Assembly (NCBI GenBank): GCA_963769885.1
Contig: CAVYNH010000006.1
Span: 704,001 to 768,000, forward strand
Direction of reading: 5' to 3'
DNA from: Methanobacteriota archaeon
Lineage (GTDB): Archaea > Thermoplasmatota > E2 > DHVEG-1
DNA length: 64,000 nucleotides
The position numbers were made by a program, and so were the translations under genes. Below, piece after piece: positions 59,505 to 64,000 of this stretch. The notes beneath the pieces were generated by a model. It worked only from the letters and a program-made list of their open reading frames with translations. It was not told the DNA's origin and did not search any database. Each line of letters starts with the position of its first letter. Positions within the stretch are counted from its first letter, which is position 1.

Positions 59505-60638
59505 TTAGATACTAGGGCGGTATTGGAATAGGTCTTTGTCTTTTATATACTCCAGGGTACCGGTGGTCTGAATGGTACTGCCGTCTGGTTTGGTCTGGCG
59601 GAGAGTGATGGGCATCGTCCCTTTGTCTTTGGCGTCCTCGAGGGCGGCTTTGATGGCGTCGTATTCGGGGAATGAGAGGACGACGTCGAGGCCGGCGCTG
59701 AGCATCTCGTCGCGGGGGATGCCGAGGCGGGCGGCGAGGCCGGTGGAGCAGTCGACGATCCGGAGGTCGTCGGTGAACTGGACGAGGAGGCCGGGGTTGT
59801 CCGGCGAGGGCGCCTCGACAGTGGTGGGGGTCGGTATTTGGGGGTGGAAGAGCCCTTGCACATCGTTGTTGAGGGCAAGGAGTTTTTCGTGGAGGCCTTC
59901 CATCTGGGCGAGGGCGGTGTGCATGTCGGTGACGTCGCGGCTGTAGCAGTAGAGGCCGGTGACTTTCCCGTCGGTGTCCTTAAGGGGGATGACTTGAGTC
60001 TGGATGTGGACCGGGTGGCCGTCCGCGTGGGTCATGGTGTGTTCGAATGTAAGCGCTGTATCTTTTTCTGAGTGTTGGGTGAGGCTTTGTTGGACGGTGG
60101 CGGTCTGTTCGTCGCCGAGCAGCGCGGTCAGGTCTTTGCCGATGAGGGCGGAGGCGGGCTGGCCGAGGGCGGCTGCGACTTTTTCGGTGCAGGCGGTGCA
60201 GCGGCCGTCGGTGGTGATCTCCCAGATCCAGCCGTCGAGGGTCTTGGTGAGTTGGTGGTATTTGAACTCGGCTTGTTCGCGGGCTTTGATGGCCTCTTCG
60301 AAGATCTCTTCTTTTTTGACACCGACTTTGTGGATGGCGAGTTTGAGGCTTGCCATGACGCGGTCGAGGGACTCGGTGAGCCTGTTGATTTCGTCGATTT
60401 CGCTTTTGTCGAGTTGGACGTCCAGGTCGCCGCGGCTGATCTGGTCGATGCGTCGGGTGAGGGTGGCAAGGGGTCTGGCGATGTAGTGGGAGACGATGAA
60501 GGAGACGGCGAAGGTGACGAGGAGGATGAGGAGGAGGAAGGCGGTCGCGATTTGGATGCTTTGCAGCCCGGTGATCATGGCGACGGGGATCAGGGCGATG
60601 GCCAGGCTGGTGATGATGAGGAGTGCTCGTAGTTTCAT
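59505..60638 (-). CDS. Membrane HAMP + PAS(-PAS) protein without output domain
   Basis: Two TM helices, PLATL...ISRGDL...DEINRL HAMP, PAS/PAC ending SRDVT, second PAS-like segment; no H-box or HATPase. Confidence 0.75.
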   Translation of the reverse strand: MKLRALLIITSLAIALIPVAMITGLQSIQIATAFLLLILLVTFAVSFIVSHYIARPLATLTRRIDQISRGDLDVQLDKSEIDEINRLTESLDRVMASLKLAIHKVGVKKEEIFEEAIKAREQAEFKYHQLTKTLDGWIWEITTDGRCTACTEKVAAALGQPASALIGKDLTALLGDEQTATVQQSLTQHSEKDTALTFEHTMTHADGHPVHIQTQVIPLKDTDGKVTGLYCYSRDVTDMHTALAQMEGLHEKLLALNNDVQGLFHPQIPTPTTVEAPSPDNPGLLVQFTDDLRIVDCSTGLAARLGIPRDEMLSAGLDVVLSFPEYDAIKAALEDAKDKGTMPITLRQTKPDGSTIQTTGTLEYIKDKDLFQYRPSI

Positions 60639-60651
60639 GGGTGGTTCCTTC

Positions 60652-62049
60652 TTATTTTTGTTGGCGAGTGGTCTCGCCGTAGATGTCGTGGATTGACGCG
60701 CGGAAGGCCTCGGCGTAGTCGTGGTTCAGGATATAGGCTTCTTCGAGGTCTGAGATGTACTCGATGAGGTCGTCTTTGCCGAGCGCGTTTTTGTGTTTAA
60801 GGTCCTCGTACTCGACGCTGCCCATGGGGCCGAGGATGGTCTTGAACTGTTCAAGGACCTTGGTTTCGATTTCGGCTTTGGGGGAGAAGAGGACTTTGAT
60901 TGGCTGGATGTCGTAGACCGGGATGAGGGGGACGGTGAAGTGGAAGGTGCTGCCGACGCCGAGTCTGCTTTCGACCCAGATCTTGCCGCGTTGGGATTCG
61001 ACGATGCCGCGGCAGATGGTCAGTCCCAGGCCGGTGCCGCCGTGCATGCGGTTCATTATTTTTTCGACTTGGTAAAACGGTTCGAAGATTCGAATCTGGT
61101 CCTCGGGGGTGAGGCCGACGCCTTGGTCCTTGATACTGAACAGGACGTGGTCCTTTTTAAGCTCGGTTTTCACGGCGATGGTGCTGTTGTCTGGTGAGAA
61201 CTTGACGGCGTTATGGAGGAGGTTGCGGAGGACTTGGCTGACGCGGTCCGGGTCCAGCTCGATCGTGGGCATCTCAGGGACTTCGGTGGTGATGTGGATG
61301 TGTTTTTCTTCGGCGAAGGCCTGCATGAGCCTGACGGTCTCCTGAATTGTTGCGGAGAGGTCGGTGGGTCGGAAGGAGAACTTGAGTCGTGCGGCCTCGA
61401 GGCGGGAGACTTCGAGGAAGTCTTCGATGATGTGGTCGAGGCGGTCCGCGTTGCGGATGACGACGTCGATGCTCTCGCGTTGTTTTGGGGTGAGCGGGCC
61501 GAAGAACTCCTGCTGGAGCATCTGCAGCTGGGCCTTCAGCGGGGTGATGGGGGTGCGCAGCTCGTGGGAGGTGATGCTGAGGAACTCGGATTTCGCCTTG
61601 TCCAGCCGCTGTCGCTCTTCCTGCATCGATGCCAGTGATTGGGCGCTGCGGTTGAAGCAGTCGGAGAGGACGGCGAGCTCATGGTCTGTCACGATGTTGA
61701 CGCGTGCGGCGAAGTTGCCTTTCTCTAGTTCCTTGGTGGCCTGGGTGACCTCTTGGAGCGGGTGGGTATAGGATCGGGTGATGAGCAGTCCGAGGACGCC
61801 GGCGTTCGCGGCGATGAGGAGGATGATAAGGATGGCGGCGGCCTCGAGCAGGCCTTGGTTAGCGGCGAACATCACCGAGTCCTGTGCAATAAGAGAGCTT
61901 GAGACGAAGTAGAAGTACGTGATGCCGATGGCTGGTGCGATGATGCCGACGATGACGAACAGCAGTGGCAGTTTGATGCTGATGCGGTTGAGACTTGGTC
62001 CCCTCACCTGGCCCGTGCCTCCATCTCTTCCCCTTAGCTGTACAGGCAT
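60652..62049 (-). CDS. Membrane HAMP sensor histidine kinase
   Basis: HAMP; SHELRTP; NLLHNAVKF; DQGVG; IFEPF; GTGLGL; extra C-terminal helical segment. Confidence 0.93.
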   Translation of the reverse strand: MPVQLRGRDGGTGQVRGPSLNRISIKLPLLFVIVGIIAPAIGITYFYFVSSSLIAQDSVMFAANQGLLEAAAILIILLIAANAGVLGLLITRSYTHPLQEVTQATKELEKGNFAARVNIVTDHELAVLSDCFNRSAQSLASMQEERQRLDKAKSEFLSITSHELRTPITPLKAQLQMLQQEFFGPLTPKQRESIDVVIRNADRLDHIIEDFLEVSRLEAARLKFSFRPTDLSATIQETVRLMQAFAEEKHIHITTEVPEMPTIELDPDRVSQVLRNLLHNAVKFSPDNSTIAVKTELKKDHVLFSIKDQGVGLTPEDQIRIFEPFYQVEKIMNRMHGGTGLGLTICRGIVESQRGKIWVESRLGVGSTFHFTVPLIPVYDIQPIKVLFSPKAEIETKVLEQFKTILGPMGSVEYEDLKHKNALGKDDLIEYISDLEEAYILNHDYAEAFRASIHDIYGETTRQQK

Positions 62050-62080
62050 ATCACGGGCGGGGTAATTAAAGCCGTTGTTT

Positions 62081-63307
62081 TTAGACAGAAAGATGCTCGT
62101 GCATGGACTGGTGCAGGGCGATCATGTGCAGGTTCACGCCCATCTGCTCGATGCGGGCGAGCGTCGTCTTGTCCAGGGCGTCGCGGAAGTCGATGATGAA
62201 GGTGCTGCCGACTTTTTCCCCGAGCGTCTGGACGATGGTCTCCAGCAGCCGTTGGATGGCGCGGCGGGCCTCGGACTCGCTGACCTCGGGGATGTTGGCC
62301 ATGATGCTTTTCTTGGTGCCGTCGTCCTCTTGAAGAGTCTCAATGGTGACGGACTTGAGGACGGTGATCCGCTCTTCGGGCATGTGCAGGAACGTGTTGA
62401 GTGCGTGGATGGCGAACTCCTCACTGGTGGCCTTGGCGAGGACTTCAAGGATGGTCTGGATGACCTGGCGGAGGACCTCGGTCGTATCTGAGGCAGGGGA
62501 GGAGAGGCTGATGCCGTATGTCTGCAGTTTAAGGAGATAATCTGTCGTCAGCTGTGTGCGAAGTGCCTTGAGGAAGACGCCGCCTTGGTCCCCAGCCGTG
62601 GTGCGACTGTCCAGGATGATGCGTTCGATGGCCGCGCGCAACTGCTGGGGTTCGACGAAATTGATGCTTTCGTCGACGATGACCTCGTCCGTACCGAGGG
62701 TGATGTGGATGTCGTTGATGGAGACAGCCTCAAGGAAGGGATACTGGGTGCATGCCTCGCGCAGCATGGTGATCAAAGCCTGGAAGGCGTAGGTGCGGGA
62801 GGTCTGGGTTTCAAGGACATATAGGATGGTTTTAACGAGCCGGCGAATGACGTCGCTGGGAAGGATCGCGAAGGGGTCCAGCTCTTTGCTTTTAATTTCT
62901 TGAGAGATCTGTAAGGTGTTGAGGTCGACGCCCATGGACCGTAAGAGGTCGAGGGAATCTTCACCAACGCGGTCCTTGATCTCTTTGATCAAGAAGTAGC
63001 CGGCGCTCTTGTGCATCGTAGCCAGGAGGTGAACAAGGATTTCTTGGAGGGCATGACCGACTTCGAGAGGGAGTGTTTTGTTGAGTTTGGGGTCGACGCT
63101 GACGCTGGAGCCGAACTCGAGGAAACGGATGTTTTGGACTTTGATGTAGCGGAGGCAGGGGTGGGCTGGCTGGAGTTTGCGGATGATGCCGCGGACGGCG
63201 TAGACGGCGTAGCCTTCGGTGGTCTTCCGCTGGATTGTCTCGATGGTGATATGAATAACGCGCTCGGCGACATCAGCCGTCGTCATCGTGGTTCCCATCT
63301 TCTCCAA
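62081..63307 (-). CDS. Hypothetical protein with three tandem ~125-aa repeats
   Basis: Repeats end MGVDL / YGISL / MGVNL; homologous to 44080..44553. Confidence 0.78.
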   Translation of the reverse strand: MEKMGTTMTTADVAERVIHITIETIQRKTTEGYAVYAVRGIIRKLQPAHPCLRYIKVQNIRFLEFGSSVSVDPKLNKTLPLEVGHALQEILVHLLATMHKSAGYFLIKEIKDRVGEDSLDLLRSMGVDLNTLQISQEIKSKELDPFAILPSDVIRRLVKTILYVLETQTSRTYAFQALITMLREACTQYPFLEAVSINDIHITLGTDEVIVDESINFVEPQQLRAAIERIILDSRTTAGDQGGVFLKALRTQLTTDYLLKLQTYGISLSSPASDTTEVLRQVIQTILEVLAKATSEEFAIHALNTFLHMPEERITVLKSVTIETLQEDDGTKKSIMANIPEVSESEARRAIQRLLETIVQTLGEKVGSTFIIDFRDALDKTTLARIEQMGVNLHMIALHQSMHEHLSV

Positions 63308-63429
63308 CCCTTGGTAATGTTACCATTATCTCAGCACTCGTTTAAATGCCTTGTTCATCGGTGGGAGGGTGGGCAGTAACTATTTGAAGTTGGATGCTCA
63401 TATCACGGCTGCGAGGGATGTGATGAGCA

Positions 63430-63804
63430 ATGAGTAAAAAGGTGCTTGTAGTCGATGACGAAGAGGATATTCGGCTGACGGTCGGGCAGATCCTGCAGGC
63501 CAGCGGCTATGAAGTCGTCTCGGCGGAGAACGGCTGGGAGTGTCTGGAAAAGCTGGAATGCGAACAGCCGGACCTCGTGATTTTGGATATCATGATGCCG
63601 GGGCTGAGCGGCTGGGACGTCGCCGCCCGCATCAAGGACCATGCTCAGTGGAGTAAGATCCCGATTGTGTTCCTCACCGCGAAGGGCGACGACATGAGCG
63701 TCTGCATGGGCGGGCTGGCGAGCGAAGAGTATATCGTCAAGCCTTTTGACGTCGTCAAGCTGAAGGCGAGCATCGACCGGATTCTGTCTAATAATACCAC
63801 TTAA
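63430..63804 (+). CDS. Stand-alone response regulator receiver
   Basis: VLVVDDE, LDIMMP, FLTA, KPF. Confidence 0.93.
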   Translation: MSKKVLVVDDEEDIRLTVGQILQASGYEVVSAENGWECLEKLECEQPDLVILDIMMPGLSGWDVAARIKDHAQWSKIPIVFLTAKGDDMSVCMGGLASEEYIVKPFDVVKLKASIDRILSNNTT

Positions 63805-64000
63805 AATAAAGAGAAATATCGATACTATAGCAATCTATGGAAAAGATTGGACGATTCTAGCAAGTCCTTTTACATTTTTTGATTTTGAACGAAAACAATT
63901 AGTCCTTTTTTTCTTCGTCCTCTTTTTTTGTCACAGAATCCTTCACGCCTTTCCCAAAACCTTTGACTGCCCTCCAGCCCTTCTTAATCCCTGTACCAAC

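Overview
Archaeal chromosomal window, most likely from Thermoplasmatota of the MBG-D/DHVEG-1 (Izemarchaea) type; this taxonomy is inferred from gene content only. Housekeeping genes include: a group 3b [NiFe] sulfhydrogenase operon with fused beta-gamma subunit, a SAMP/E1 pair, dph5, rnp4, rps19e-PDCD5-rpl39e-rpl31e-eIF6, thrS, purP, class II hmgA, pyrBI, rtcB, aspS, the archaeal CoA genes (PPS, CoaBC, pantoate kinase), trm56, an hjc-like gene, a four-subunit 2-oxoacid:ferredoxin oxidoreductase, tRNA-Leu(GAG) and tRNA-Val(CAC). There are many secreted hydrolases and surface proteins, and a two-component cluster at the right end. Main observations: (1) an integrase-free tandem array of two single-gene AT-rich cassettes at the 3' end of tRNA-Leu, each bounded by a tRNA-end copy plus a shared ~36-bp arm; (2) a HerA ATPase fused to an endonuclease III-type [4Fe-4S] motif; (3) an unrecognised ~125-aa domain present as a monomer and as a triple repeat in the two-component cluster; (4) recurrent C-terminal domains on secreted proteins; (5) a small basic domain found both alone and fused to HhH; (6) four frameshifts all explained by one extra base at GTAC, suggesting methylation-linked read errors; (7) amino/keto strand skew that flips every few kb, partly independent of gene direction. 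No CRISPR array, rRNA or transposase was seen. All assignments come from reading motifs by eye; no database searches were run.
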